This document shows positions 1 through 10,085 of a stretch of 64,000 nucleotides of DNA, in pieces. Under the pieces are notes generated by a model. It searched no databases. It saw only the letters and a program-made list of their open reading frames with translations, and was not told the DNA's origin. Position 1 is the stretch's first letter. Every line of letters begins with the position of its first letter. The stretch is from positions 12,577-76,576 of the forward strand of contig JAPLSN010000011.1 of the NCBI GenBank assembly GCA_026398615.1, read 5' to 3'. The stretch comes from Spirochaetota bacterium (GTDB lineage Bacteria; Spirochaetota; Spirochaetia; Treponematales; UBA12059). The translations under genes were made by a program, and so were the position numbers.

Positions 1-3000
1 GACTACGCGATGAACGAAGCCTGCTCGGCCGGCACGGGCAGTTTCCTCGAGGAATCGGCCTCGGGTGACCTCAACATCGCCAACGCGTGGGAGATCGGCG
101 AGATCGCGCTGCGGGCCGACGCACCGCTCAAGTTCGGCGAGCACTGCTCCGCCTTCATCAACTCTGACATCAGGAAGGCCATCCAGCAGGGAGCCTCGCG
201 GGAGAACATCACCGCGGGCATCGTCTGTTCCATCGTGTCCAACTACCTGAACCGCGTGGTCGGGAACCGCACCATCGGCGGAAAGGTCTTCCTCCAGGGC
301 GGCGTGGCCAAGAACAAGGCCATTCCGCTCGCCTTCGCCATGCTCCTCGACAAGCCGATCCTCGTTCCGCCGAGCCCCGAGCTCATGGGCTGCTTCGGCG
401 TCGCGCTCCTCGCTAAGAAAAAGATGGCGGATGGCCTGCTCGCGAAGGCAGACGTCGACATCGACGCGCTCCTCGCGCGCGAGATCGTCTACGAGCGCGT
501 ATTCACCTGCAAGGCCTGCGACAACTACTGCCCCATCCAGGTGCTCAAGGTGAACGGCCACCCCTACATGTTCGGCGGCCGCTGCAACAAGTACGCGAAC
601 ATGCGCAAGAACGCCACGGACATCCCCGTCTTCGACTACGTCGAGAAGCGGACGCAGCTCCTGTTCGTCGAGAGCGCCCCGAAGAGCGAAGACTTCATGC
701 CCAGGCGCGGGTACACGGTGGGCATCCCGCGCTGCTTCTCCGTCCATACCCTCTACCCGCTCTACGCCTGGTTCTGGCACGAACTCGGCGTGAAGACCGT
801 GCTCTCCGACCAGGTCGAGCACGACGGCGTCGCGCGCGCGGAGAGCACCTACTGCTTCCCCGCCGAGATCGCCCACGGAGCCGTTCAGGACGTGGTGAAC
901 AAGGGCTGCGACTACATCTTCCTGCCGCACTTCCGCGACATGCCGAGCTACGAGGACGACGTTCACGCCAACTTCTGCCCCATCACCCAGAGCCTTCCTT
1001 ATTACATCGAGAAGGCCTTCCCCGACGTGGACAAGGGAAAGATCCTCCCGCTCGTGGTGAGCTTCAAGTTCGGCGTCCCGAAAGCCCTCGAACACTTCAT
1101 CGCGCTGGGAACACGCCTCGGGATACCCGAGCCGGAGGTCCGCGCCGCCTTCGACGTCGCCTTCCGCAAGCAGGAAGAATACTTCGCCAAGGCGCGCGTC
1201 TTGGGCAAACAAGCCATCGCGGACGCGCGCAAGGCGGACCGCCCCGTCATCGCCGTGCTCGGACGACCGTACAACGCGTTCACCGCGGAAGCGAACATGG
1301 GCATCCCGCGCAAATTCACGACCCGCGGGTACTCGGTGATTCCCTTCGATATCCTCCCCTTCGAGCATGAAGGCATCTTCCCCAACATGTACTGGTTCTA
1401 CGGCCAACAGGACATGAAGGCCGCCGCCCTCCTCAAGGACGAGGACAACATCTACGTCACCTTCATCTCGAACTTTTCGTGCGCCCCCGATTCTTTCCTC
1501 CTCCACTACCTCAGGTGGATCATGGGCCAGAAACCCTTCCTCATCCTCGAGCTCGATTCCCACTCCGCCGACGCGGGCATCGACACCCGCGTCGAAGCCT
1601 TCCTCGACATCATCGAGGGCTACCGGTCCAAGAAATCCGAGCTCCTCGAAAGCTGCTACGACAACGGGCTCACGTTCGTGAACGACGGCAAGAGCGACGT
1701 ACACATCCTGAACCGGACGACCGGCGAGCGGACCCCCATCCGCAACAACGAGCGGGTGAAGATACTCCTGTCGAACATGGGGAACATCGCCACGGAGTTC
1801 CTTGCTGCCATCCTGCGCGGCGGCGGCCTCAACGCGGAGGCCATGCCCGTGGCCAACCCGAAGACGATCCAGATGGCGCGAGCGCACGCCTCGGGCAAGG
1901 AATGCGTGCCGTCGCACCTGGTGCTCGGAAGCGCCCTCCAGTACTTCGCCTCGGAGAAATACCGCAAGGACGAGATCTACATGCTCTTCGTCCCGATCAC
2001 GACCGGACCCTGCCGCACCGGCCAGTACTTCGTCTTCTACGAAAACCTCTTCAAGGACCTCCGGCTCGAGAACGTGGTCGTCTTCACGCTTTCCGCCGAC
2101 AATTCCTACACGGAACTCGGGCCCGGCTTCTCGAAGGACATGTGGCTCGGACTCGCGGTCTCCGATTACATGAAGGACATCCATACAGCGCTCAAGACCA
2201 CGGCTCAGGACCCGTCGACGGCGCTCGAAACTTTCCATGGGCTGTGGATGGGCATGATGTCCACCGTCGAGAAGGACTCGTCGAAACTCATGCCGGAAAT
2301 GGAGCGGATCGCGAAGGAAGTCGCGAAGATACCGCTCAGGCGGAAGCTCGCGGATTGCCCGAAGGTGCTCATCGTCGGCGAGATCTACGTGCGCCGCGAC
2401 GACTACGCGGTCGGGGAACTGATCGACCTCATGAGCTCGCGCGGCATCGTCACCAAGGTTTCTGGCATCTGCGAGTGGATCCACTACCTCGATTTCGTCC
2501 GCGAATACGACCTCAAGAAGCGCCTTAAGCTCCTGCCCTGGTACGCGCGGCCGTTCTCCGGGCCGGTGATGAAGCTCATCCGCCTGCGCATCGAGGAGAT
2601 GTGGAAACATTCGGTGGAGAACCGCGTGAAGCGGGCGCTCGCCCCGTCGGGCCTGGTCCCCTCCGCGCCGCACGACATGCGGAAGATCATGGCGAACACC
2701 GCGAAGCACTTCATCAGCCACGAGCTCAACTCGGAGATCGCGGTATCCACCGGCGTCGCGGCCACGGCCATGGAAGAGGGCTACTCGGGCGTCGTCAACA
2801 TCTCGCCCTTCGCCTGCCTCATCGGCCGCGTCATCGAAGGCCTCTACATGCCCTGGGCCCGCGACCGCAACTATCCCTCGATATCGGTGGAGGTGGACGG
2901 CAACATGCTGCCGCCGAACATCGTCAACAAGCTCGCCATCTTCATGGTCAACGTCCTGCGCTTCCGCGGGGAACGCGACGCGTCGTCGCTCATCGACGAC

Positions 3001-3111
3001 GTGGACGACCTCACGGCCAGGCTCGCCGACGAAGCCGCCAAGGCCGGGATCGGAACAGGGCCGGGCTGCGCCGACTGCGTCAAGTGTCCCGGCAACCACG
3101 ACGCACAATAG
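1..3111 (+). CDS. Acyl-CoA (2-hydroxyacyl-CoA) dehydratase activase-like multidomain protein, 5'-partial
   Basis: Frame open from base 1. ASKHA activase motifs MNEACSAGTGSFLEE, CSAF, FLQGGVAKN, followed by C-x2-C-x3-C..GGRC and dehydratase-like domains (CFPAEIAHG, LGRPYN, NFSCAPD, GPCRTGQY, PFACL). Confidence 0.85.
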   Translation, partial: DYAMNEACSAGTGSFLEESASGDLNIANAWEIGEIALRADAPLKFGEHCSAFINSDIRKAIQQGASRENITAGIVCSIVSNYLNRVVGNRTIGGKVFLQGGVAKNKAIPLAFAMLLDKPILVPPSPELMGCFGVALLAKKKMADGLLAKADVDIDALLAREIVYERVFTCKACDNYCPIQVLKVNGHPYMFGGRCNKYANMRKNATDIPVFDYVEKRTQLLFVESAPKSEDFMPRRGYTVGIPRCFSVHTLYPLYAWFWHELGVKTVLSDQVEHDGVARAESTYCFPAEIAHGAVQDVVNKGCDYIFLPHFRDMPSYEDDVHANFCPITQSLPYYIEKAFPDVDKGKILPLVVSFKFGVPKALEHFIALGTRLGIPEPEVRAAFDVAFRKQEEYFAKARVLGKQAIADARKADRPVIAVLGRPYNAFTAEANMGIPRKFTTRGYSVIPFDILPFEHEGIFPNMYWFYGQQDMKAAALLKDEDNIYVTFISNFSCAPDSFLLHYLRWIMGQKPFLILELDSHSADAGIDTRVEAFLDIIEGYRSKKSELLESCYDNGLTFVNDGKSDVHILNRTTGERTPIRNNERVKILLSNMGNIATEFLAAILRGGGLNAEAMPVANPKTIQMARAHASGKECVPSHLVLGSALQYFASEKYRKDEIYMLFVPITTGPCRTGQYFVFYENLFKDLRLENVVVFTLSADNSYTELGPGFSKDMWLGLAVSDYMKDIHTALKTTAQDPSTALETFHGLWMGMMSTVEKDSSKLMPEMERIAKEVAKIPLRRKLADCPKVLIVGEIYVRRDDYAVGELIDLMSSRGIVTKVSGICEWIHYLDFVREYDLKKRLKLLPWYARPFSGPVMKLIRLRIEEMWKHSVENRVKRALAPSGLVPSAPHDMRKIMANTAKHFISHELNSEIAVSTGVAATAMEEGYSGVVNISPFACLIGRVIEGLYMPWARDRNYPSISVEVDGNMLPPNIVNKLAIFMVNVLRFRGERDASSLIDDVDDLTARLADEAAKAGIGTGPGCADCVKCPGNHDAQ

Positions 3112-3462
3112 CTGACCGGTATCTGCAGCCGCGGCATGGGCCCGTAATTGCCTGGACGTTGCGCGGCAACTGGGTGGGCCCATGAACCGGGCCGGACGGG
3201 TGGCGGCTCCGGAATGGCTCCGTGGCGCGGTTCCTTTTCCGATATGCCACGTTCTTCCGACAAGACCTCACAGCCGGTCGTTCGCCTGCCTTCCTCCGGC
3301 GCAGCCGTCTTTCCCCCTCGTTACCCGGAGATTTCCATACCGCTTCCTTTCCCTCTTCCCGTCGTGACCTTCGTGGTCTCCCCTTCGCGTCCTTCGCGGT
3401 TCCCTTGACCGCGTCCACCCGCCGGGCTATCCTTTCGTCGGAGCGCTCGAGTGCATGGAAGG

Positions 3463-4710
3463 ATGCCTGATATACCGATGTCCCTCCTCTTCACGACCGC
3501 CCGACGGAACCTCGCGCGCCACCGGAGGAGGACGATCGTGAACGCCCTGAGCGTCGGGACGACGACCGCCATCCTCGTGTTCTTCATGGGCTACTACCGC
3601 GGCTCCTATGAAGAGCTCCTGTTCGACACGATCATCCGCTACCAGACCGCGCACATCCAGGTCCAGCGCCCGAATTTCTCGGAAGCCGATCCGGATTCCT
3701 GGGCTTCGCCGTCCAACCTCATCTCCGGCTGGGAGACGCTTCCGGGCCGCATCCGCTCCGTCCCCGGCGTGACGGGAGCCGCGCCCCGACTCCTCCTCTC
3801 CGGCTACGCCGGCGACGGCCGCGACAAGCTGCCGGTCATCTCCGTCGGGATCCTGCCGGATGCAGAAAGGAAGGTCAGCGTCGTCCTGGACAGCATCGTC
3901 CGCGGCACCGGGCTCACGTCTCCGGGCACGGTCCTCGTCGGGGATTCCTTCGCTGCGCTGTTCGGCATGGAACCCGGATCCCGCTGTTCCGTCATGACCA
4001 GGACATCGTATGGAGCGCCCAACGCGCAGGATTTCGCCGTCGCCGGCGTCTTCCGGACGGGATACGCCGCGCTGGACAGGTCCACGATCCTCCTGTCCCT
4101 CGCCGACGCGCAGGCGCTCGCCGACTCGGGCGACGCGGTGAACAAGGTGTTCGTCATGTGTTCCTCGGCCGCGGCGGCTGGCGCGGCCTTCCCCGCGGTG
4201 TTCGACTCGGCATGGAAATCCGGGGCCGAGGCCAAACCCTGGACCGTCTACGCGCGATCGCTCATCGAGCACTCGGAAACGGAGACTTTTTTCTATTACA
4301 TCTTCCTCGGCATGATCTTCGCTCTCTCGGTTTCCACCATCGCGAACACGATGTACGTCAGCGTCTTCGAGAGAACGAGGGAGATCGGCGTGATGCGCGC
4401 CGTCGGATGGCGCCGGCGGGAACTGTTCTTCCTGTTCATGCTGGAAGCGGCGACGATCGGCGCCATCGGTGCCGCGGTCGGCCTCGTCGTCGGGGGCGCC
4501 GCTTCGTTCTTACTCAGGGCTTTCCCCATCGACGTGCGTTCGATGGCCGGATCCGTGGACATGCCGTTTTTCGAGATCAAGAGCACCCCGCACTGGACGG
4601 ATTTCGCGCTTTCGTCGCTCGCGGGCATCGCCTGCGCGATGGCGGCCGGCACGTCCCCGGCCCGGAGGGCGGCGAGGATGGACGTGGTCAAGGCGCTCGC
4701 CGCGCGCTAG
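3463..4710 (+). CDS. ABC transporter permease, FtsX/LolE/MacB family
   Basis: ARRNLARHRRRT N-terminus, large periplasmic loop, SVFERTREIGVMRAVG motif, PARRAARMD C-terminus. Start could be 3463 or 3478. Confidence 0.9.
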   Translation: MPDIPMSLLFTTARRNLARHRRRTIVNALSVGTTTAILVFFMGYYRGSYEELLFDTIIRYQTAHIQVQRPNFSEADPDSWASPSNLISGWETLPGRIRSVPGVTGAAPRLLLSGYAGDGRDKLPVISVGILPDAERKVSVVLDSIVRGTGLTSPGTVLVGDSFAALFGMEPGSRCSVMTRTSYGAPNAQDFAVAGVFRTGYAALDRSTILLSLADAQALADSGDAVNKVFVMCSSAAAAGAAFPAVFDSAWKSGAEAKPWTVYARSLIEHSETETFFYYIFLGMIFALSVSTIANTMYVSVFERTREIGVMRAVGWRRRELFFLFMLEAATIGAIGAAVGLVVGGAASFLLRAFPIDVRSMAGSVDMPFFEIKSTPHWTDFALSSLAGIACAMAAGTSPARRAARMDVVKALAAR

Positions 4711-4759
4711 ACCTTTCGGCCGGTACGCCGGCCGAACCATGGATTGTCGGAGGCACCGG

Positions 4760-5479
4760 ATGAGAATATTGCTCGCGTCGGCCCTGGCCCTGGCGACGAT
4801 CGCGCTGCCCGCGGTGGCCGAAGGAACGCTGGATGCCGCGGCGATCCTGGATAGGATGGACGAAGCGCTCAATTTCCCGGAAGGCACGATGGTCGTGTCG
4901 CTCGAGGACAGGAAGCCCGACGGTTCTTCCAGGATCCTGCGGGCGAAGGTCGCCTACGCCCTCGACTCGGGCACCCTGGCGGAATTCATCGCGCCGGAAC
5001 GCGAAAAGGGCAAGCGCGTCCTCATGATCGGCGACGCCATGTGGATGTCGGTTCCCGGGGTTTCGCGGGCTGTTCGGCTCTCGGGCAAGGCCTCGTTCTT
5101 GGGGACGAGCCTCACGAACGACGACCTGCTCAACTTCGACAAGGCCGACGACTACACGGGCAGGATAGCCTCCGAGACTTCCGCCGGCTGGACCCTGGAA
5201 CTCGAAGCCAGGTCCAGGTCCAGGCCCTACCAGCGGATCGTCGTCACCGTGGACAGGGAATTCCTGCCCGTCCTCATGGTGCTCTACTCGCTCTCCGGCC
5301 GCGAGGCGAAGCGCATGGAGTATTCCGATCCCGTCGATTTCGGGGGAAAGCGCCGCCCCTCGCGCATCGCCGTGACCGACGCGATGGAAAGGGACCGGAG
5401 CACGGTGGTCACCTTCGAGTCCATCGTCGAGGGGAAGGTGGACAGGTCCCGGCTGTCGCCAGCCGGTTTCATGAAGTGA
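4760..5479 (+). CDS. Outer-membrane lipoprotein-sorting (LolA-like) protein
   Basis: Signal peptide; F..PERE.G..VL...MW and FLGTSLTNDDL motifs typical of this family; GGAGG upstream of ATG 4760. Confidence 0.8.
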   Translation: MRILLASALALATIALPAVAEGTLDAAAILDRMDEALNFPEGTMVVSLEDRKPDGSSRILRAKVAYALDSGTLAEFIAPEREKGKRVLMIGDAMWMSVPGVSRAVRLSGKASFLGTSLTNDDLLNFDKADDYTGRIASETSAGWTLELEARSRSRPYQRIVVTVDREFLPVLMVLYSLSGREAKRMEYSDPVDFGGKRRPSRIAVTDAMERDRSTVVTFESIVEGKVDRSRLSPAGFMK

Positions 5480-5489
5480 GGACGGCCCG

Positions 5490-6188
5490 ATGAGCTCGGT
5501 GTCGGTCAGGGACGTCAGGAAGAGCTACCGCCTCGGCAAGCTCTCGGTCCCGGCATTGAACGGCGTGGATCTCTTCGTCGAGGCGGGAAAGATCGTCGGC
5601 ATCGTCGGACCGTCCGGCTCGGGCAAGACCACACTGCTCAACATGATAGGCTGCATCGACAGGCCGGACGACGGCATCGTGGAGATCGACGGGATCAACG
5701 TCGTCCCGCTGCGCGACCGCGAGCTGACCGAGCTCAGGCGATCTTCGATCGGCTTCGTCTTCCAGTCCTTCAACCTGATCCCCGTGCTGTCCGCGCGGGA
5801 AAACGTCGAACTTCCCCTCATCGCGCTCGGCGTGCCCGGGCGGGAACGGAAAGCCCGCGTGGACCGCATGCTCGAGCTCGTCGACATCGCGGAATTCGCC
5901 GCCCACAAGCCCGACGAACTGTCGGGCGGCCAGCGCCAGCAAGTTGCCGTCGCGCGGGCCCTCGTCATCGGGCCGAAGATCGTGCTGGCCGACGAGCCGA
6001 CCGCCAACCTGGACGGGGAGACGGGCAGGCGCATCCTCTCCCTCATGCAGCGCCTGAACCGCGAGATCCGCACGACCTTCATCCTCGCGACCCACGACCC
6101 CCGCATACTGCCCTTCATGGATTCGAGGATCTACCTCGAAGATGGCATCGTGACCCGGGTGGAGACGCTCGACGGAGGCGCCGGGTGA
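5490..6188 (+). CDS. ABC transporter ATP-binding protein, LolD/MacB-like
   Basis: Walker A GPSGSGKT, FVFQSFNL, LSGGQRQ, ADEPTANLD, ATHD. Confidence 0.95.
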   Translation: MSSVSVRDVRKSYRLGKLSVPALNGVDLFVEAGKIVGIVGPSGSGKTTLLNMIGCIDRPDDGIVEIDGINVVPLRDRELTELRRSSIGFVFQSFNLIPVLSARENVELPLIALGVPGRERKARVDRMLELVDIAEFAAHKPDELSGGQRQQVAVARALVIGPKIVLADEPTANLDGETGRRILSLMQRLNREIRTTFILATHDPRILPFMDSRIYLEDGIVTRVETLDGGAG

Positions 6189-6222
6189 TGCGGCCCGCCA
6201 TCCTGTCCATCGAGGCGTTCTT

Positions 6223-7545
6223 CTGAAGGCCGTCGGCGGCGACCGGCGCTGCGCGAAAGGATCACCCGGTCCCCGGCTCGTCCTCTTCGCCACCCTGGCG
6301 TTCCGCAATGCCCTGAAGTACGGCCGGAGGAACGTGCAGTCGGGGCTGGCCGTCTTCGCCGGGGTTTTTATCGTCGCGCTGGCCGACGCCTTCATCGCGG
6401 GCTTTTCGGCGCGGGTCGTCAACGACTTCATCGCCGAGGGCGGCCACCTCCTCGTCTCCGCCCCCGGCTACGCGGCACGGCGGGAAGCCTTCCCCTCGGA
6501 CAGGTACATTCCCGACTCGGCGTCCGTCGAGCGCGAACTGCGCGCCGTCGACCCCTTCCTTCTGGTATTTCCCGCCATCCGCGCCGCCGTCGTCGTTTCG
6601 AGGGGCAGTTCGGAAGAAACCGCTACCGTGGCCTGCCGCGGGATCGTCCCCTGGTCCGCCGGTTCCATGAACCCCGCGTATGAATCGATGCCCGACCGCA
6701 TGCAGTCCGGCCGCTTCCTCGAGGGCGCCGGCGACTCCGGCATGGTGCTGACCTCTGGTGCGGCGAAACGGATCGGGGCGTCCTCGGGCGACCGCATCAT
6801 CTTCCTGTGCGAAGACCGTTACGGGAGCTTCAACGCCGTCGAACTGCCCCTGATCGGGATCCTGCGCGACGGGGCGTCCTTTTCCGCGGACTCGTGCTTC
6901 ATCGACATGAGGAACGCGCGGCGGCTCGTGGGACTCGAAGACGGCGCCGACGAGATCGCTGTCTACGCCGCGGACAGGGACCGGATGCCGCTGTCGCCGA
7001 GGGCCGCGGAACCCGCCCTGAAAGCGGCGGCTGAGGCCGTCGCGGGCCTCGGGCTGGAATCCACGCGCTGGGACGAACTCTCGAGCTCGCTATCCCGAAT
7101 GCTGGATTTCCTCGACATCTTCATGTTCGTGATCTACGCGATGTTCGCCGTGGTAGCGGCCGTCGGAATCACGAACTCGGTCCTCCTCTCCGTCCAGGAC
7201 CGCGTCCGCGACCTGGGCACCTTGCGCGCCATCGCCTTCACGAAGCGCCAGGTGTCGGTCATGCTGCTCTTCGAAACCTTCCTCGTTTCCGCCGCGTCGT
7301 CCGCGCTCGCCGTCCTCGCGGCATTCGCGGTGTCGGGCCGCTTCGCCGCCGACGGGTTCGCGCTCCCGGCATCCACGCAGGCCCTGCTCTCGTGGATGCC
7401 GGCGGAAGTCCGCCCCCTCGTCGTCCCTTCGCGCTTCGCCCTCGCCTTCGCTGCCGGCTCCATCCTTCCCGCGCTCGCGGCCGCCTGGCCCGTCTCCACG
7501 GTGAACCGGATGAGCATCCGGGAAGCGCTCGGCTTCTCGTCCTGA
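6223..7545 (+). CDS. Second FtsX/LolE-family ABC permease (start uncertain, possible frameshift)
   Basis: SVQDRVRDLGTLRAIAF motif. Family-like LAFRNALKYGRRN lies in frame upstream of the first GTG (6334), with no ATG; 6223 is a CTG. Confidence 0.8.
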   Translation: MKAVGGDRRCAKGSPGPRLVLFATLAFRNALKYGRRNVQSGLAVFAGVFIVALADAFIAGFSARVVNDFIAEGGHLLVSAPGYAARREAFPSDRYIPDSASVERELRAVDPFLLVFPAIRAAVVVSRGSSEETATVACRGIVPWSAGSMNPAYESMPDRMQSGRFLEGAGDSGMVLTSGAAKRIGASSGDRIIFLCEDRYGSFNAVELPLIGILRDGASFSADSCFIDMRNARRLVGLEDGADEIAVYAADRDRMPLSPRAAEPALKAAAEAVAGLGLESTRWDELSSSLSRMLDFLDIFMFVIYAMFAVVAAVGITNSVLLSVQDRVRDLGTLRAIAFTKRQVSVMLLFETFLVSAASSALAVLAAFAVSGRFAADGFALPASTQALLSWMPAEVRPLVVPSRFALAFAAGSILPALAAAWPVSTVNRMSIREALGFSS

Positions 7546-7611
7546 AAGCCGGAATTCCGCCCGCCCCGCGACCCGTGGATATCGACCTCGGATCGCAGTA
7601 CACTGGATGTC

Positions 7612-8301
7612 ATGAGAGCGAAAAAAGGAGCCGCCGCCTTCGCGCTGGCGCTTGTCCTGTCCCTGCCGGCTGCCGCCCAGGAGGGCTTGCCCCATATCCT
7701 CGGGATCGATTTGGTCGTCGGCACACCCTCGTCCGTCCAGGACGTGTTCCGCTCGGTTACCGTCGGCGCGAGCGTGCGCTGGCTGATGTCGTACAACGTC
7801 GAACTGAGCCTCGACTACTTTTTCCTCGGCACGGAATACTACTACCCCGATCCGGATTCGGGCGACTGGGTCGGCCCGGTGCCGTGGACCTCGGTGCCGC
7901 AGAACTGGGGCGTCGACGCCTCCGACTGGATCTTCTACCACACGCGGCACTACCTGGCGCCCAAGGCCTGGCTCCTCATCCCGTCGGAACCGTACGGCGG
8001 GTTCGCCGCCAGGTTCGGCACGGGCCCCGCCCTTTCGTTCGTCGTCCCCTCCGAGGCCGCCACCTACTACCCGGAACTCGCGGACGCCTTCGCTGAATTC
8101 GAAACGACCTTCGAAGCCTACCTCGGCTGGACCCTGGACGCGGGTCTGGAGTGGCGGCCCATGAAACTGCTGGCCGTCGGCTTCGAGTACCTCTTCGTGG
8201 CGGATGACCTGCGGACCATCCTGGCGTCCTTCGCCCGCGACTGGCTGGGCTACCTGGACCGCTCGGGCAACCTCGTGATCTACCTGGGGGTGCGGATATG
8301 A
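7612..8301 (+). CDS. Probable outer-membrane beta-barrel protein
   Basis: Signal peptide (LPAAA|Q), alternating aromatic/hydrophobic strands, C-terminal IYLGVRI beta-signal-like end. Confidence 0.6.
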   Translation: MRAKKGAAAFALALVLSLPAAAQEGLPHILGIDLVVGTPSSVQDVFRSVTVGASVRWLMSYNVELSLDYFFLGTEYYYPDPDSGDWVGPVPWTSVPQNWGVDASDWIFYHTRHYLAPKAWLLIPSEPYGGFAARFGTGPALSFVVPSEAATYYPELADAFAEFETTFEAYLGWTLDAGLEWRPMKLLAVGFEYLFVADDLRTILASFARDWLGYLDRSGNLVIYLGVRI

Positions 8302-9008
8302 AACGCACCATGGCGATCCTCGCCATCCTGGCGACCATCCTGGCGGCCATCCTGGCGGCAGCAGTCTGCCTGTCTTCCTGCGAGGACTTCCTGAACGCGA
8401 TCCTGAATTCCGACGCCCCCTCCGGCGTGGACGCGAGCGACGGCGACAATGAAAACTCGATCCACGTCAGCTGGAACGCCCCCAGCTTCTCGGAGGAAGA
8501 TGCCAAAACCCACGGGGTCGATCATTATAGAGTATCGTGGACGGGTCTGACGAACAGCAATTCCGTTGATTTGCATCCCACTTCGTACGACATCCCGGTC
8601 GCACCCGAAAACCGCGGCGAGGAATACGACGTGACGGTCGAATCCTGGATTTCAGTTTCCGGAATCCCCGAATACGGCGGCTCGGACTCCGATACCGGCT
8701 TCGCTCTGAAATCCCGCAACCTGTCCTGGCTCCCCGACTGGCGTTCGACGAGCCTTCCCGACGATGCCGGGCTCGACACCTGGTTCGTGACCATGTTCCA
8801 GGAAGGATTCACCTACCACTTCGATTCGGGCGGCGTGACCACAAGCATCGTCGTTTATGACTTCGAGGATGTCTCCGGCTCCATTCATGCGATAGACATG
8901 CCCGCGGGTATTGGTTCCTGGAGATGCGACGAAGGCGGTAATGGACACAAGTTTTACCTTCGCGTGCCATCCACACCGCTGACCCTTGCCTATCACTATT
9001 CCCCCTGA
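8298..9008 (+). CDS. Lipoprotein with fibronectin type III-like domain
   Basis: Lipobox-like LSSC; APSGVDASDG..IHVSWNAP..YRVSW..Y.VTV pattern; ATGA overlap with the upstream gene. Confidence 0.7.
   Translation: MKRTMAILAILATILAAILAAAVCLSSCEDFLNAILNSDAPSGVDASDGDNENSIHVSWNAPSFSEEDAKTHGVDHYRVSWTGLTNSNSVDLHPTSYDIPVAPENRGEEYDVTVESWISVSGIPEYGGSDSDTGFALKSRNLSWLPDWRSTSLPDDAGLDTWFVTMFQEGFTYHFDSGGVTTSIVVYDFEDVSGSIHAIDMPAGIGSWRCDEGGNGHKFYLRVPSTPLTLAYHYSP
8322..8357 (+). repeat. 3 x 12-bp tandem repeat (RCCATCCTGGCG) in the signal peptide
   Basis: gccatcctggcg accatcctggcg gccatcctggcg read directly. Confidence 0.85.
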
Positions 9009-9026
9009 CCCGTCCCCCGCATGATA

Positions 9027-9060
9027 GAACGCCCCCGGACCTCGCGATCCGGGGGCGTTC
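9027..9060. terminator. Hairpin between convergent operons (probable bidirectional terminator)
   Basis: gaacgcccccgga / tccgggggcgttc perfect 13-bp stem. Confidence 0.8.
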
Positions 9061-9080
9061 CTCTTTACACGCAGCGAAAA

Positions 9081-10082
9081 TCAGTCGTGGTACAGGAAAC
9101 AGGCGACGTTGTGATCGGTTCCGACCTCGTGGAGCGTCGGTATGGAAGCGGAGCACTTGTCCATGCGCTTGGAGCAGCGGTCGTGGAAGTAGCAGCAGGT
9201 CCGCTTCTTGTCCGGCGAAGGCACGTCGCCCGTGAGGATGATGCGCTGTCGCTTGCGCTCGATCACGGGGTCGGGGATGGGAGCGGCCGAAAGGAGGGCC
9301 TGCGTGTAGGGGTGCAGGGGATTCTTGTAGAGATCGATGGAAGCCGAGATCTCCATGATGGCCCCGAGGTACATGACCGCCACACGGGTGGAGATGTACT
9401 CGATGACGGAGAGGTCGTGCGCGACGAAAAGGTAGGTGAGCTGGAACTCGTCCTGCAGGTCCTTGAAGAGGTTGAGGATCTGGGCCTGGATGGACACGTC
9501 GAGCGCCGACACGGGTTCGTCGCAGAGGATCAGATCCGGCTTGAGCGCCAGGGCGCGGGCGATGCCGATGCGCTGGCGCTGTCCCCCCGAAAACTCGTGC
9601 GGGTAGCGGTTCTTGAAATAACGCGAAAGCCCGACGCGCTCCATGAGGAGCTCGACGCGGTCGTTGATCTCCTGCTGGCTGATGTCGAGAACGCCGCGTT
9701 TCTTGTAGATGCGCAGGGGCTCCGATATGATCTCGCCGGAGGTCATGCGCGGGTTGAGCGACGCGTAGGGGTCCTGGAACACGAGCTGCATGGACTTCCT
9801 GGCCTTGATGAGGTTGTCCCTGGACAGCTTGACGAGGTCCTGCCCGTTGAGCATGACTTCGCCGCCCGTGGGCTTGTGGAGCTGGGCGATGGCGCGTAGG
9901 GTCGTCGATTTCCCGCAGCCGGACTCGCCGACCAGGCCGAGGGTCTCGCCCTTGCGTATGGCGAAATTCACGCCGTCGACGGCGTAGATGAACCCCTTCT
10001 TCTCGGACAGGAGCGATCCGGAGCGGAAGGGGAAATGCATTTTCAGGTCGCGCACTTCGAGCAGGTTTTCGTTCGGGGCCAT
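9081..10082 (-). CDS. oppF: Oligopeptide ABC transporter ATP-binding protein
   Basis: [37 protein letters not shown]. Confidence 0.93.
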   Translation of the reverse strand: MAPNENLLEVRDLKMHFPFRSGSLLSEKKGFIYAVDGVNFAIRKGETLGLVGESGCGKSTTLRAIAQLHKPTGGEVMLNGQDLVKLSRDNLIKARKSMQLVFQDPYASLNPRMTSGEIISEPLRIYKKRGVLDISQQEINDRVELLMERVGLSRYFKNRYPHEFSGGQRQRIGIARALALKPDLILCDEPVSALDVSIQAQILNLFKDLQDEFQLTYLFVAHDLSVIEYISTRVAVMYLGAIMEISASIDLYKNPLHPYTQALLSAAPIPDPVIERKRQRIILTGDVPSPDKKRTCCYFHDRCSKRMDKCSASIPTLHEVGTDHNVACFLYHD

Positions 10083-10085
10083 GGG

